Of a DNA stretch of 64,000 bases, positions 14,201 through 28,500 are shown piece by piece (positions within the stretch are counted from its first letter, which is position 1; each line of letters starts with the position of its first letter). A model generated the notes under the pieces. The model was not told the DNA's origin and made no database searches. It saw only the letters and a list, made by a program, of their open reading frames with translations. Source of the stretch: Ascidiella aspersa (Eukaryota). The position numbers and the translations under genes are program-made. The stretch covers positions 15,996,001-16,060,000 of the forward strand of contig OZ004613.1 of the NCBI GenBank assembly GCA_963924565.1, written 5' to 3'.

Positions 14201-14764
14201 CAAACGTTGAAAGATCGAATGACAATGCCAGAATTTGAGTTCTGCCAAGATCCTGGTGATGTCTGCAGCAAAATTGCTCGAGACAACGTTTTCCAGCAAA
14301 TGTTTCCAGAGCTGCATCGACTTTGCTGCATTGCATTGTCAATTCCTCTAGCAACCGCTATGTCGTGAACCAAGCAACGAAATAGGCTACTAGATATCAC
14401 CCAAAATGCTCTAATCAACATTTCGATGAACGGTCCGGAGCAGCTCACTGACGAGGATGCACAAAAGATAGCTGAGAAGTGGCAAAAAACAAAGGACCGA
14501 CGAACAGTGACAGTGCGAGCATTGAAGGTGTTGAAATCTGCAAACAACGAAGAAATTGAAGCTGGCGGATGGGAACGGGATTGCGAATCTGTTTTGTTGC
14601 ATGAAATAGAACCTGAAAAATTTGTTCTGTGATTGTGCACTGCCAGTAGCCTAATAAATAATTCGTTTAAGCAAATATGGCTATTTTTTTGTATTTAAAT
14701 GAAACACTTGCGGTCTCTTAAAACTACTTAGCAGTCACTCAAACCAAACCTTAAAAAAAACCTG
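11291..14764 (+). mobile_element. hAT DNA transposon, full length, with TIRs and 8-bp TSD
   Basis: Termini CAGTGTTTTTTTTTAAGG / CCTTAAAAAAAACCTG; perfect TSD CCTATAGC at 11283-11290 and 14765-14772; encloses a transposase pseudogene. Confidence 0.92.
12362..14632 (+). pseudogene. hAT transposase pseudogene, ZNF862-like
   Basis: Broken ORFs 12356-12649, 12650-13294 (ICLLC...H.SSEQH zinc finger), 13308-13964 (GAAAMIG, VHCHAHRLALAC, TRWLSH), 14180-14368 (FPELHRL..IALSIPLATA, hATC-like) and 14426-14632. Acceptor TTTCAG at 12350-12355 precedes the ATG at 12362. Confidence 0.88.
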
Positions 14765-15159
14765 CCTATAGCATATTTTCGAAATTAAAAATGGGAAAAT
14801 TGCTAATAGCCGCAAAAAGACACAACACATAGAATATTGGCCGACAAATTTCATTTGTTAATTGTTAATTTTTAAACGATTTTTGGGCATTTTGTTTACT
14901 ATTTTGACTAAAAATAATTTTGCCAAACTTTAAACTAACGTATATATTTTAGCAAAATTTTAATTTTTTTGTCAAAGCAAAAAAATAATCGCCCTATGAC
15001 AGTGGTTCTTCACCCAAAAAGCATTCAAACACAGGTCAAATATTTGGGTATTTATACCATCATTTCACCCACTGGATTTTGATCTGAGGTCTTTGTTGGT
15101 TGATTCCTGTATGTATACCGTACACCCATTAAAATTGAGTAATAATGAGGCTGGCAATA

Positions 15160-15720
15160 GGTACGACCGAAAAAGTGCCAAACTATGGTTTTATTGAAGC
15201 TACGTACGACCAATAATCTGTGAAAATTAGTTTTCTTGGAGCTACGTACGGACAAAAATACTGCCAAAATTAGTTTTATTGGAGCTATAGGTTGAACCAA
15301 AAAATGCCCAAATTAGTTTTATGAGAGCTACGTACGAACAAAAAAGTGACCAAAAGTTTTATCCTAGCTACGTAGGACCAAATAAGGACCCAAATTAGTT
15401 TTCTTTGAGCTACGTACGGATAAAAAAGTGCCCAAATTAAATTTATACGAACTACGTACGGACAAAAAAGAGCTCCAATTAGTTTTATCAGGACTAAAAA
15501 AGTGCCCAAATTAGTTTTATTAGAGCTACGTAAGGATAAAAAGTACGTAATTTAGTTTGATTGAAGCTACGTACAACCAAAAATTGCCACAATTAGTTTT
15601 ATTTAAGCAACGTACAGACAAAAAGTGCCCAAATTAGTTTTATGTGAGCTACGTACATATAAAAAAGTGCCCAAATTAGTTTTATTTGAGCTACTTGTGG
15701 ACAAAAGAGTTTCCAAAATA
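15160..15720. repeat. Minisatellite, about 43-bp unit, about 13 diverged copies
   Basis: Approximate consensus AAAAAAGTGCCCAAATTAGTTTTATTGGAGCTACGTACGGAC. Confidence 0.9.
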
Positions 15721-16421
15721 TTTTGTCCAGGCTTCGCAAAAAATGCGTTTTGTCTTACATGGGTCGACTAAATGACCAGCCTAAATTTATGTCATTAAAT
15801 GACCAGCCTAAATTTATATCATTATAAACAGGAAAAACGCGAGGGTGAAATCTCTGTTTATTTAAATATCAACATAAGAAAAATCCGTAACTTGTTTAAA
15901 AGTAAAAATTGTCTACTGTTAAAACCGCTGAAAGAGGCACGATAATTGCCTTGGCCATTAGGCGGTTGAATCGCGCTACACAAGTCCGCCGCAAAAACTA
16001 CCTAGCGAAATCGCGTCCTAAGCGAGCGCAATACTCCCAATAAAGAGACTCATATTTATGTCTGGAAGAAATTCATTAAATTAATGCGACGCCGCTCTCC
16101 AGCGCATATTGCGTCTCACCCTTGCAACAAACATATACCACCCGATAGACAAACCACGCCAACAATAATTGCAATAATTATATATTATACTTAAAAGTTT
16201 CTTCCAGTACTTTTAGACCAAATAGAATGACATTCTTTGGTGGTATATTACCTGCGTATAGATGCGCCTCTTGTATTGTGGCTATGTAAACTATTATTAA
16301 AGAACAAACGGTAGAGCGAGTTTCGTCATTATGGTGATTTAAACCTTAGTCAAAACTAAATTTGTTCACTGGTCAGCATGTTTTCTTTTTTACGTTTTTT
16401 ACTAAACATGAAAAACTTACA

Positions 16422-16539
16422 AATAGCAAAATCAAATAAGTCGAGTAAATCTACCACCTTTAGTACGACGTTTCGATTCGAAATAAAAATGTCTTACTTA
16501 AGGTGACGAGATTTACTCGACCTATTTGACTTTGCTATT
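16422..16539. repeat. Imperfect palindrome/hairpin repeat
   Basis: AATAGCAAAATCAAATAAGTCGAGTAAATCT...AGATTTACTCGACCTATTTGACTTTGCTATT; arms resemble 32886-33043. Confidence 0.75.
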
Positions 16540-18179
16540 CATATTCAAACTATCTAATGTGTGTAAAATATTTGCTTTTCAATAATTTTGTTCAATTATT
16601 TGGTTTGTATTTGACTAATTTAATATCCGTCAGGTGGCACGCTAGCTTAATTTACAGATAAATGCGAAAAACAGAACGATCCTAAATACGAACACTAAAC
16701 TTTAATAAAGGTTCGGTGAACAATAATCTGGCAATAAAGCGGTAAACGACATTCGTGCGCGTGTACCTCCAAGCGAGTGAAAATTTTAATACTAAGGTAT
16801 TGTGAAATTCCGTCACTGATCAGAACAGGGTTAATATCTACGCAAAGTCGAACTTCAAAAATATACTTCCAATCGGTCCAACTTTTACTAACCATAGTAG
16901 GCATACGAATCCCCGTAAACCGATGATGGGGCCTAAAATGTTAGCGCCATTTTAACTTACCATTTTTATGTAGGCCTAATATTGAACATGACTTATCTAA
17001 ACAGGAGATCGTCCCTATAGTATAGCTATGAGTAATATGTAAGGCAAACAAGCAAAATAAAAACATTTAATTTTTTCACAAATTTTCTTGTCTTAACCAC
17101 TGCAAGGGACACATAGCCTACATCTCAAATAAAACTATTTCGAATTCCAAAGTGCTGAATCCACTCTTCCACAGTTTGTACAAGCGCCTTTGTTGTGGTG
17201 TCAAATCTTCTATAGGCGAACTCCCGCAAAGAAGAAGCCCGCATAAGCACGCCGCCGTGGATATCGAAACGTTTGTAAGTTGTGTCACAACTCCTGTTGA
17301 TTTTTGCCGGCAGTAAAATCGGTCGTAAAGCCCACATCAGTTAGGGCTTGGCAAACACCATAACAGGCCAAACTCCACGCTTGATAGTTAAATTTTCTTT
17401 ATAGAAAAATTGGGAGCAAAGATACTTTCAATGTCTGTGTATTTTGGTCTGTTACCGCTACATTTTGAATCGATTTTGTTGCATTGCTTACATTTAGTAG
17501 TTGTTTAAGATCTTCTTCGTTCGTTTTTAAAAACTATACGCGGGTACCTGGTGGTTTAGGTTCCTTTAACTCCCTTAAACATTTGAAACCATTTTACTTC
17601 AGGATCGTGCGTGTGGTCGATAGAGTATTTCCATCTTAACGTTAAAATGCATTTTTTGTTCTTTACGGTTTACTTTTTTCGGTTGGTAGAAATTCAAAAA
17701 GTCATTCAATAAAATAGCTAGTAATAAAAATAGCTAGTTGTAAACAAACAAACTTTGTAAGCCTTCAGAATATTTTATAACATGTGGCGTTTTACGAACG
17801 CGTCGCACAGACGAGAATACATGAGGTATATAGTAAACGTTTCTTACGGCAATGCATGAACATTTTAAAGATGACGCCATAAGGTTACGTCATAACAAAA
17901 CGTGTAAAACAAGTATCTTAGGAAACCCAACGTCGTCGTTCGATGGAGTGCACAGTTAAGTATGCAACTGAAACTTAGTTTAAATTAAAAGAGGAGTAAC
18001 AGATGGTCTGCTAAAAAATTAACAATGTTTTGTGAAAAAAACACTTTTACTATTCTTTTACCGAATGCAGTTCTGAACCGTTCCGACTTACTCTCACCAC
18101 TGGTTCTCTTATTTTACGATTAATTGTTCATGTATAAATGTGGATTGTTTTAACCCAAAATGCCTCTATATTTTTAAAT

Positions 18180-18504
18180 CAGTGTTTCTTAACTTATCGG
18201 TCACAACGCAAAATCGGGTCGCAGTTTAATTTGGTTGGGTCTCTGACTGCAGTAGTTTACACAGTTAGATTTATTGAGATTGGTTTTCAGCAAGATTTTT
18301 CCAAAATCCAAGCAAATTGCGGACGCAATACGATGTCATGACTCATATTAAATAAACTCGAATTCATTAATGCTATTGTCTTCATTGTGTTGTGTTCAAA
18401 TTAAGCTGACAAAACATCCAGCGAAGAGAATTCGGTCGCCAAAGCGTCACTGTTATATTTACGCTTAGTATTCTGTCGCTGCGATAAAAGGATGAGAAAC
18501 ACTG
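18180..18504. mobile_element. hAT-type MITE
   Basis: CAGTGTTTCT...AGAAACACTG termini; TSD TTTTAAAT/GTTTAAAT (7/8). Confidence 0.75.
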
Positions 18505-21500
18505 GTTTAAATTGACGCGAGGAGTATACCGTATTTTCTTTCCGCATATTCTTAAGCGTCTATCGGCAAATTATGTGACTGCCAGTATTTTCAATGAAAT
18601 TAATATAGTTTTTTACCATTTTAAAATTGTAAAATATTTCAGTAGTAAAATAGTCACCCATTTTATGTGATGTAACTCTTTTTAAAAAACAACCTTTTTG
18701 ATCAGAAATAACTTTAAAAGTACCACAAATAAGAAATTCAATTCATGTTCAGTTTAGTCTCCTATGGGCTATCGAGACAAGTATAGGGATGTCCGATGCT
18801 TGGCATTTTATTGCGATATCAATATCCGATTTTTTAACAAAAAAAGTAGCGATCCAATCTGACGCCAAATGACGTCATTACTATGTTAAAACAATTTAAA
18901 ATAGACAATATTCAAACGGTAAAGCGTCATGTTTTCCAATTGATTAGACCAAAACTTTTGGTAAGCAGTTTAGTTATATCCAGTTGCAACTACTATTTTT
19001 TGAAAAATCTACCTTTCCATTGATTGTTGTAAAACTTTTGGAATATATTGTATTTGCGAATCGCAGTGGATCAAACAATAAAATGGAAAGTTAAATTCCT
19101 TTGTTAAACTGTTTACCGTATGTAAAAGGGCTTTACGGTCTAATTGCCCTATTAAGAAAAACTTATAGATGTTTTCTTTGGTGCAAATAGCTATAAACGT
19201 TTTATCTTTTTCAAATTGATCGAACAAATAGAACGCGCTTCCCAGAGCAGTGGTCATTTGCAGTATACCTGTAAGTACTTATTTCAAATGGCACGGAGAA
19301 ATGATTGTAGAATTACGCCGTCCCCTTAGGCCTTGGAACAATTTCGTCAAATAACTGTGCTCTTGACGCCAAATAAGCCATCTTGTACAATTTAGTATCG
19401 ATGGAAGCTGTTAAAACCCCGCGACGCTAGGGTGTACAGCGTTTACAGCAAAGAGGGGTGTCGAGTTTTGAAACCAGATTGGATTACATTAAGTGATTCG
19501 CGACTCACTTTACAGACCACAGAGCCACGCTTTTGAAAGAAGCGACCTCGGCGACTCAATTGTTGTTATTGACAGTTTGTGGCGTTCGTATATGAGATCC
19601 GCTCTCACATAAAGTGAAAGGTGTGTAAGGTGTGGTTTTAGTTTTGGATGTCGATTCGGCACTGGTTACCAAAAAATGGCAAATGCATCCAAGGACAGGT
19701 TTGAGTTTCCAATTCGTGTTCCAGGGCATGTGATGTACACAACTAAGTTACGCGATCTGAGAAACGTAGCAAATATCCATGTTTGTACTTCGATATAACG
19801 CGAATATATAGCGCTTTGTAAGCAATTTCAATTTGTAAAAGTTCTAAAATCTAAATGTCTAAAGATTAATTGAAAAAACTCGGGGAAACTCGGGGTGACT
19901 TTGTAACTTAAGTCGCAGTGAGAAAATACAGTTTCTCGGTGTTTGTCACAAAGAAAGGAGGGTTCCCTTTGATGTCGTACAATAACACGCGCCTGCCCCT
20001 GAAGCTATAGCTGAAGAAAATACGTTCGAGAGACTTGAATTACAAAGTTGGCATGAGCGTGTCGTATACGTTTTCCATTGCTACTTCGGTCGTCCGGCGG
20101 TGAGTAAGAATTTTCGTCTAAGGATACGCTCTAATTGAAAAGTACATTTTCGACTAGTCAATGCATTCTACAACCTATCACGTTTTAGTAGAATCAGTTG
20201 TTTAACATCGATACCAGCAGAAGTGGCACAAATGTTTTAAACAGTTTTGTCTGAAAGAATTGGGGCAGCAGTAAAATATTGGACTACCACGCTAACCGCA
20301 CTAAAAGCAGTTAAAATCGGCTTCGTTGAGTTTGTTGAGATTGTTTGCCAGGAAGGCGCCAGAAATGTTACAACCAAATTCATGAAGGCCGAGCAACATG
20401 TTTCCTATACAGTTTAAACAGTATCAAAGAGAAATATAGCAGGATAGACTAGTTTTAATATAAACGTTAGTGTATTGTAGGTGTGTAGCCATAAGGTGAA
20501 CAAACTTCTGTTCGCGTAACACGATGGCCTATAGTATACTGTAAATAAACTGCAAAGTAACTTATTTATTATAAACATAATTGATATTTATATTACATTT
20601 TTTGCGATGAAAAATCGAGTATAACGAAGGTAGTTATAGTACGTGGTTAGAAAATGTCGATTTTTTTAAGCTTAGCGTGTGTTTTATATGGATTATACGT
20701 AATAAAACCATGTTAGGCGTTAAATCGCCTTGCTTTTAATTACGGCAGTACCAAATTATACAACCCTTGATAACTAAATTTGTTCAAAATTTAGCAAAAA
20801 TATCTTACATTTGTTATAGACAAAACTAAGCATAGTCAAAGGAAAGAGAAATGGTCAGACTTTGCAACAGAAGTCGCAAAAGCTCGCCTTCAAGTATCGA
20901 ACCCCGTTTGATTTGTGATAAGCCCGACTTCGTCTAGCTGTTGATTCAACGTTCTTTCTCACCTGGGCCGACGCGTATCGAGGGTACTCAATACCCCCCA
21001 TTGACTTTTTACCGTTATTATTGCACATATGATTCCAGGGGCTCTGAAATGTTTGCGGCCTTCTCACGAGCCGCGGTTCGCGCTTCTTTTTAAACGATTC
21101 GTGGGACGCTACAAATTGAATCATCAATCGCCTATTAGATTGTTGTTCTTTCGACTCAAATGCACTCGTCACATCGCACCATCTCTTGTTTAGTTAGCGC
21201 AGATCCTTTCTTTTGGCGCGCCGATTTATTGCGACGCATTCTTCGTTGGTCGCGGCTGAAGAGGGAAACAATTAGTTTTTTACTGGACACGTCTGGTCGG
21301 TGATTAGCGCGACATGAAGTTAATTTGGACCCGTTTGCCCTTGGGCCAAAAAAGGGGAATCTCGATTGCAGGTTCTTTGAATGTCATAATCAATGTGGAA
21401 TCAAGGAGTTTTGTGCTAACTTCGCAATTTTTATTTGATAAGCTTGGAAGCGCAGAGCTGCATGTATTTATGAAAAAACTGCAGGCGTATTTATTTTGTT

Positions 21501-22544
21501 TAGGTATTATTTTTGAGAATAACCTATAAAACAAGTCGCGGTGTAAACTTGTCATTTGTAATTTCGTTTAGTCCCAGACACGAATTTTACAAAAGTAAAT
21601 TTGTTTTACTTTTATTTTGCTTGGGTGGACAATATAATGAAGTTAACTAATTTATTCAAAACAACCAGTGAGAATTAAATAGATGAAAATCGTAGTGTAG
21701 CCTTTTGAAAAATATTTTTTAGGGGGAAGGTATGTAAGTGGTAAAACTATTTTAACAAAACAAAGTAACTTTCTTAAGTTGAGCCAGGTGATGTTATGTT
21801 GCGAACGGTAATTGTTTTATTGCTGGTAATTGAAAGCTAAAGTCCAGACGCTGTGGTGGCACGAGTTATACAGCTGCTATTCCCCCGATTAGCTCAACGA
21901 AAGGCTTTTCTGAGGAGATTGTAATAATTGGAAGGGTGTCGGCATTATTTGAAGTTGAATTCCACATCGTTCTGCTGGTCAAAATGGGATTAGCCAATGC
22001 TATCAGTCTAGCAGTGCAGTGCCATGAAAGGGTTCCGTAGCAATTAGGAAAATCGCAATACGGGATTTTCAACGTTGGCGGTAAACTTTGAAGTTCTCTA
22101 ATCCGTGACGCAATTATTGAGTAGCCACCTCGGTCGCCTTCCAACGGCCGTACTTACTGCCACGGTACAGAGAGAAGCAATTATGCAAGTGCAAGTCTCT
22201 TATCGTCGATGTCTTAGCGGTCACCGACATATCAAGTATTAGTTGTACCAAGACAGAAGCCTTCGCGTTGCGGTTGCATTTAACAACAGTGCACTTGACA
22301 GTAGCCATAAAATACAGAACTGTTCGCATATAGTCTTTGAATTATTGCTTGATTCACTTGTTCGGGTAGCACAGTTTGTTTTGGTATAATAATAGTTTTA
22401 TTTGTTAAAATTTGTTCTAAGTTTCTAATTTATTCGTATGTCGCGCGAAAGTGAAGTTTAACGAATAAAATTTTTTGTCCAGAGATACACCTAATAAACA
22501 CTAGTAAGGTTGTACGTTATGCACGAGTATCACAATCTGTAAAA

Positions 22545-25500
22545 ATGCTTGACTTTACCCAAACAACTGTAAAGAGACTTTGCCAACAAGTTTTATGCTT
22601 GTCGTGTTTGATTTTAACATGTTATGCGAACTACGGAAGACTGGAAGCACCCCATAGAAAAGTGTACCCAACATGTGTTCCAATACAGGAGAAAGCATGC
22701 AAAGGTACGCTACACTTACGTCATATTAACAAATAAATTACCGTATTCATCTTAATAAATAATCGTAGAATGTACAATGTTTGTACATGTATATTGAAAG
22801 CGTGAATATATTTATAACTATTTAATTATCAAATTTTCGAATTGATCCACATTGCTTAGATTCAATATTTTCACCAAAGCACGAAACCCGAAACGTTATA
22901 ATTCCATCGTATTTTTAAATTAGGATTTAATTACAATGCAACAACAATTCCGAACATCTTTGGACATGAAAGTCAGCGGGAAGCATCATCGAGATTTCAA
23001 GAATTCGCCCCATTGGTGGATTCCCAGTGTTCCGATCATATTCGATTCTTTATTTGCACACTGCACTTTCCGATGTGCGACCCCAAGGTATCGAAAACCA
23101 AACAAATATGCTCAGTTTAAAATCATTTTAAAACAAACCACAAATTACACTTTTAGAACATGAAGTCCATTCGCCTGTATCAGTTTTTGTCCTTAAAACC
23201 TATATTAATAATTTACAAATATACATATGAGCAAAATCTTGTTTTTGTACAGGTGAACGTTGGAATACCAGCGTGTCGACTGATGTGTGAAGAAGTAAGA
23301 AGCAAGTGCGCCCCTTTGATGAAAGTTTTCGAAAAGGAATGGAGTATTGATTGCTCACAGCTGCCAGAATACGGGGAAGAGGACCGACTCTGCATGCAAC
23401 CTCCCAACATGACACCCAGTCTTGCAAATACGGAAGAAGATCTCAGGGTTGTAATAAATCCCAACATAGAAAAGATCGTGGAGAGCGCCGCACGCAAAAG
23501 TGAAATACCGAGCTTAAAAGATGCCGAAATATACCCGGGAATTCCTAACCAAGACACAAAAGTCGATTCTAATGAAAACCAACTTGATTTTTATGACGAG
23601 AACGAAGACACTTATATCGAATATAAAAATAACGGTAATATTATTTAAATTGTTTAAAAAACGTTTATACCCAACAACATTTGTAACCAACATTTGTAAT
23701 TTTTTTTAGTTTACATAAACGTCAAAACTATTTCGGAAGGCAGTGATGAAGGTGCCCAAGACCCAGGGAATGAGGTGGTGGATGCAGTAACCATACCAGT
23801 TCCTAAATGTCCGAATCCTAACAAATTTCATTGGATTAAAAAGTAAGAAGTCTGTTGAAAGTTTATTGCGTATACCTAAACCAATTGCTAATCGAACATG
23901 TAATTGAAAAGTAAACCTATATAGTGTATACTTTATGGATGACACAATAATAGTTGTTAATCTTTTTATATTATTCTAAAACAAATCCTATAGGCCTATA
24001 GGTAACAACAGATAAACTTAACCTCATGCAAAAACTTACAGAAATGACTTGCTTGGCGAATGTGTTCCACGATGTGACGTGAACCTAGACGTATTATTCA
24101 GCTCCAGGGACAAGGGTATTGCTTATTGTCTGCTCACCGTTTTCGCTTTTCTCTGCTTCGCTTCTACCGCAACCAGCGTGTGCACTTTTGCAATAGACTC
24201 AAAGCGATTCAGGTTTGACCAAACGTCGGCATGTGTTGGTTTTTATCATATCTTACCATCATTTTACATTATCTATTATTTTTTGTTAATATCAAGACGA
24301 TCTAAAAATATTTACATCAATGTACACTTTCTATAAAACCCTTATTTAGGCCTAATCTTTACCGATTTCAATTTTGTTTATCTTCTATTATAAATGTTTA
24401 GTACCGTCCGAAAAACCTGATGCTATTATTTTATAGATATCCCGAGCGCCCTATCATCTTTCTATCATTTTGCTACTGCATCTACTCGGTGGCCTATTTG
24501 GCAAGATCTTCAGGAGGACCAACAGCCTCCTTGGGATGCATGGCCTCTAGGTTGTCCGAGGACAATGAAGAATTTGTTCACCATCTTGTCAAGGGCGGCC
24601 TGGGGGGATCGGGATGCACAGCTGTATTTTTCATCCTCTACTATTTTGGGATGGCGGCTTCTGCGTGGTAAGACATGATTTACCACTTTATACTCATTGT
24701 TTACGAATGACTTATCCATAGTTTGTAACGAGAGAGCGATTTTATTGATTTAATGAAAGCCTAAACATGTAACAAACAGTATTTCACAACACATGGCTTA
24801 AAATTATTAAATAAACTAGGTTTGGGTTTTGCAAAAGCCAAATGTATACTCAGGCCCTTTGAAACCATGATATGGTGATGACACTTTCCCAACATGTGGT
24901 TCCCGAAACGGTTAAAATTGCCTTGAATGTGACACCGCAAGCTCATGCAATTTAGACAGACAATTACCCCGCGGGCTTCTAAAAATCATCTCTTTTTCGT
25001 GTAACCGATGTTGGTCTGCGCATTACAAGTAATATATAATTTATTTCACTCGAACCGTTCTTTTGTACAACTGTTTTTAAAAACTCGGTAATTTTTCGAT
25101 AAACGATTGTCGCACACATACTGCACTTAAAATGTGACCGGTTAGACATTGTCGTTTTTTACAAATGTCTTCGTTACTGCAAAACGCAAAGTATAGATAT
25201 TGTAAAGTTAATTCGATGAACGTAACAATTTAAATGTTAGCTGGTTATAGGACACAGCGAACCTGCTTAAGCACATGAGTACGACTTTTGTCGTGAGGAT
25301 CGTTTAAATAAATATAAAACAATAGAAATTGTCCCACAAATTTAACACTTCACAGTCTACACAAAACAAGTTCCATAGGAGTCAGCTATACGAAATGAAA
25401 AACACGTGTGCGTGCCGACATAAGGGCTCTTATATAAACATCGCGCAAGGCTTGTCAAAACAAATGCATTGCGTGAGAAAATAAATAAACGAAGCCAACG

Positions 25501-28500
25501 TATAGTTGATCTGGTCGTCGGGTTTCTGACTTTAGGTCATTTTTGTATTTGTTCAATACTTCTTAATTTTTTAATCATTGCAAAGCAGTCCTGACGAAAG
25601 CATTTTTGTTAGGTTCCTGTTGATGTGCGACGCGAAAATAAAAGGGTAGAGTCAAACCTGAAATTCGCCAAACACCAATACACTATAATATTGACGGTAA
25701 ACTGTTTTATAATGTAAATACCGATGTCACTTTAGTGTTAGGTGCTTAAATGTCAGTGACAACTCCTATTGGTGTATTATGAAACAGATCGTTGTCTTGG
25801 CACGAGAAATAAATCCGATCCGACATCAAACAGTAGCGAACGCGCATATCCACCAACATAGCAAAGCATTGCTGGGCATTGTAAGCGTTCGGGGCCAGTA
25901 GGGGGGCAAGCGACGGTTTGTCCCTTTCTGACACAGATTCGACTACAAGATTCCTTTCAAATCGGTGTTGTTGCTGCGAGCCGTTTTATCATTCGTTTAT
26001 CGCGTTCGCGACAAATCAATTCATTGATCCCCACACGGCTCTCCCTTGTAAAGGCGTCCGCTTTAGCGCAACGGATTAGGTTGCCGTTCTAATAGGATCG
26101 TGATAAAGCGGCCCCTTGACGAATCCAAGAACCACGTTATACGCTACCGACGGTGTAGGTCTCACTTTTTATCCTTTTTGTTCGTTGTTATTTTTGTCTT
26201 ATAGCCATAGCAACCTTATTTCTGTAAATCCAAATTGAAACTTTAAAAAAGAAAAACAAGACCAAACCGTCTTTAATAACCGTCTTTAATAATAAAATTA
26301 AACCGCCTCATAAATGTTATGTTCAATTTGGTAAATACTGAAACAATTCAAACTAGTTAAACTTTCCGTTTTTGAGCGAAAAACCCTTGACTTTTTGTGA
26401 GAGAAACTTTCAATTTAGTGATTCGGTTAAGAATATTGGCGAAACTTTACACCACGTCTTGAGAAACAGTCATCGGTTGCGCTCTATTGCAAGCCAATGG
26501 GAAGTAAATGTGGGCGAACAAACGATTCTTAGTTTCGACTCACGGTCACCCAGTTTTTGATTTTCATGGCGTATCACCGACTAGGATGCAATGGTATGAC
26601 GTAACGGCGTCACATGACACTTATTAACGGCCGTTGTCTGTAGACTAACGTATCCGCTAATAGACAGTACCTTTGAAAACTATCTGTTTTCGGCAAAGGT
26701 AGTTTTTAAGGCCAATTTGAAACGTATTCTGCGAATTCCACTGTGTTAAACATATATATATACACGATATATATATGTGGTATATAACTCTTTTGTGGTT
26801 TAATTGTTTTTTGTTTTATTTCTAAACATAAACAACATATTCGTTATTGTACCATTCATATGAACCACACCTTTAGATATTTTTGACATACCTATTTTTT
26901 TTTTCTAAACTAATTGTCGAAGCCATTTAGGCAAACGGTGATATGGTTGTGTGTGTTTAAACTTGGATGGCCGCTCTACAAAAAGCCGTGTACCATATCA
27001 ACTATTTAAAGTTTAAAGTGCCCGCTGTGTAGTGTTGACGTGACGATGCCAGTCTTCCGAGACCCTTAGTCAGCAAACATAAATGCGGCCTGCAAAACCA
27101 AAGTAAATGATATTCTTTAAAAGTGATTCAACTGGTGCGTAAATTGACTTTTAGAGATACAACATCGGTTTGTTTTGGAACGTTGCTATTGATTGTACAT
27201 GTTTACGAACAACGTTTGCTCCGTGAAAGAATCAAGTGGAATAAAACCATCAAAAGTGGTTACTTTACAATAATCAAACGTTAAAATCTAAGCGCACCAG
27301 TTGCCCGGTTCGTCCGTAACAATGTGACACCTTAGCTTTGACGGCAACGCTTAACGAACTAGCACATAGGTAATCCGATTTTCCGCACCGGTAACAATCG
27401 TAAAACACAACTAAAACACTTGGTTGATTGATGTGATTTCATAAATTGATTACTTTCGTGATAAAAATATATATTGTTCTCTGTCTGCTGGTCGTGATAA
27501 AGTTTATAATACAAGATTTCTACAAAATATTTGTGGTAAATTAAATCGTCATGCATTACTATATCTCTACCTATACTGTCATTGGAATCTATAATTTGCG
27601 TATAATGTTGTGTGTATTTTGTCCTGCTATATGTAGTGCAACTCCTATGTGGCCTCCAAATACTCGGTTTAACGCAATCCCTCTTTTTGTGTTTATTTTT
27701 TATAGGTTTTCCTATAGATACTAAAGCGTTTTCAGTAAATATTTATTCCGTTCGATTTATCGCAGGTGGGTCGTTCTTACACTTACTTGGCTACTATCTG
27801 CTGGATTCAAATGGGGCCACGAAGCCATCGAAGCCTATAGCTTTCACTTTCATGTGGCAGCCTGGGTCCTTCCAGCCGCTCAGACCATCGCAGCTCTGAT
27901 ATTGGCCAAAGTTGACGGAGACGAGCTAACAGGTAATTATTTTCCGCGCTATTCTGGCCATTTAATATTCTCAGAAAGTTCTCAAATTACCCGTACGTTT
28001 TGTCCTGCGTTGAAAAAAAAAACATTTTAAGCGTTCTCACGAGATCACATAAGCCAGTTGTTTGAATATATTTTTCAAAAGTGTAGAGTAAAAAAAAAAT
28101 AAAAAAGTACCTGATAAAAATATCCGCTGCCTAATGCGAAAAAGCATATACGACTCGGATATATAAAAAGTTTCGTTAACTTTATAGATACGCCATAATC
28201 ATTGAACAGTGTTGATCTGTCGAAGTTTTTGCGATTGATGGGCGTAAAATTGTCGCTGCCAGGATCAGTTTAATCCGATTATAGAAAACTTGTGACTGTT
28301 TCGCATATAGCAGCTATATAGGCCGATGCTCCGTTATGACATTTAACCTTGTTGACCCGGCAAAATTTTAAAATTTTCTTGCTGTGAAATGATAAGTTGA
28401 GAAATGTTACAGATATTTTTCGTTCATTTGTTACAGCTGGTTAGGAATAATCAGCCTCTTATTTTATACGTTTTTTTTTAAATTTAAATGTTGTGGTATT

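Noticed and set aside
15160-15720. CRISPR-like array
   Set aside because: Eukaryotic context, no unique spacers and no cas genes; it is a tandem minisatellite.
15766-15825. 27-bp tandem duplication; also a roughly 48-bp duplication at 56094/56186
   Set aside because: Ordinary local duplications in non-coding DNA.
19900-22400. TCF/LEF motifs (CTTTGAT 19967, ATCAAAG 20423, several CTTTGAA) as a Wnt-feedback enhancer
   Set aside because: About one such motif per kb is expected by chance at this base composition; no enrichment can be shown without conservation data.
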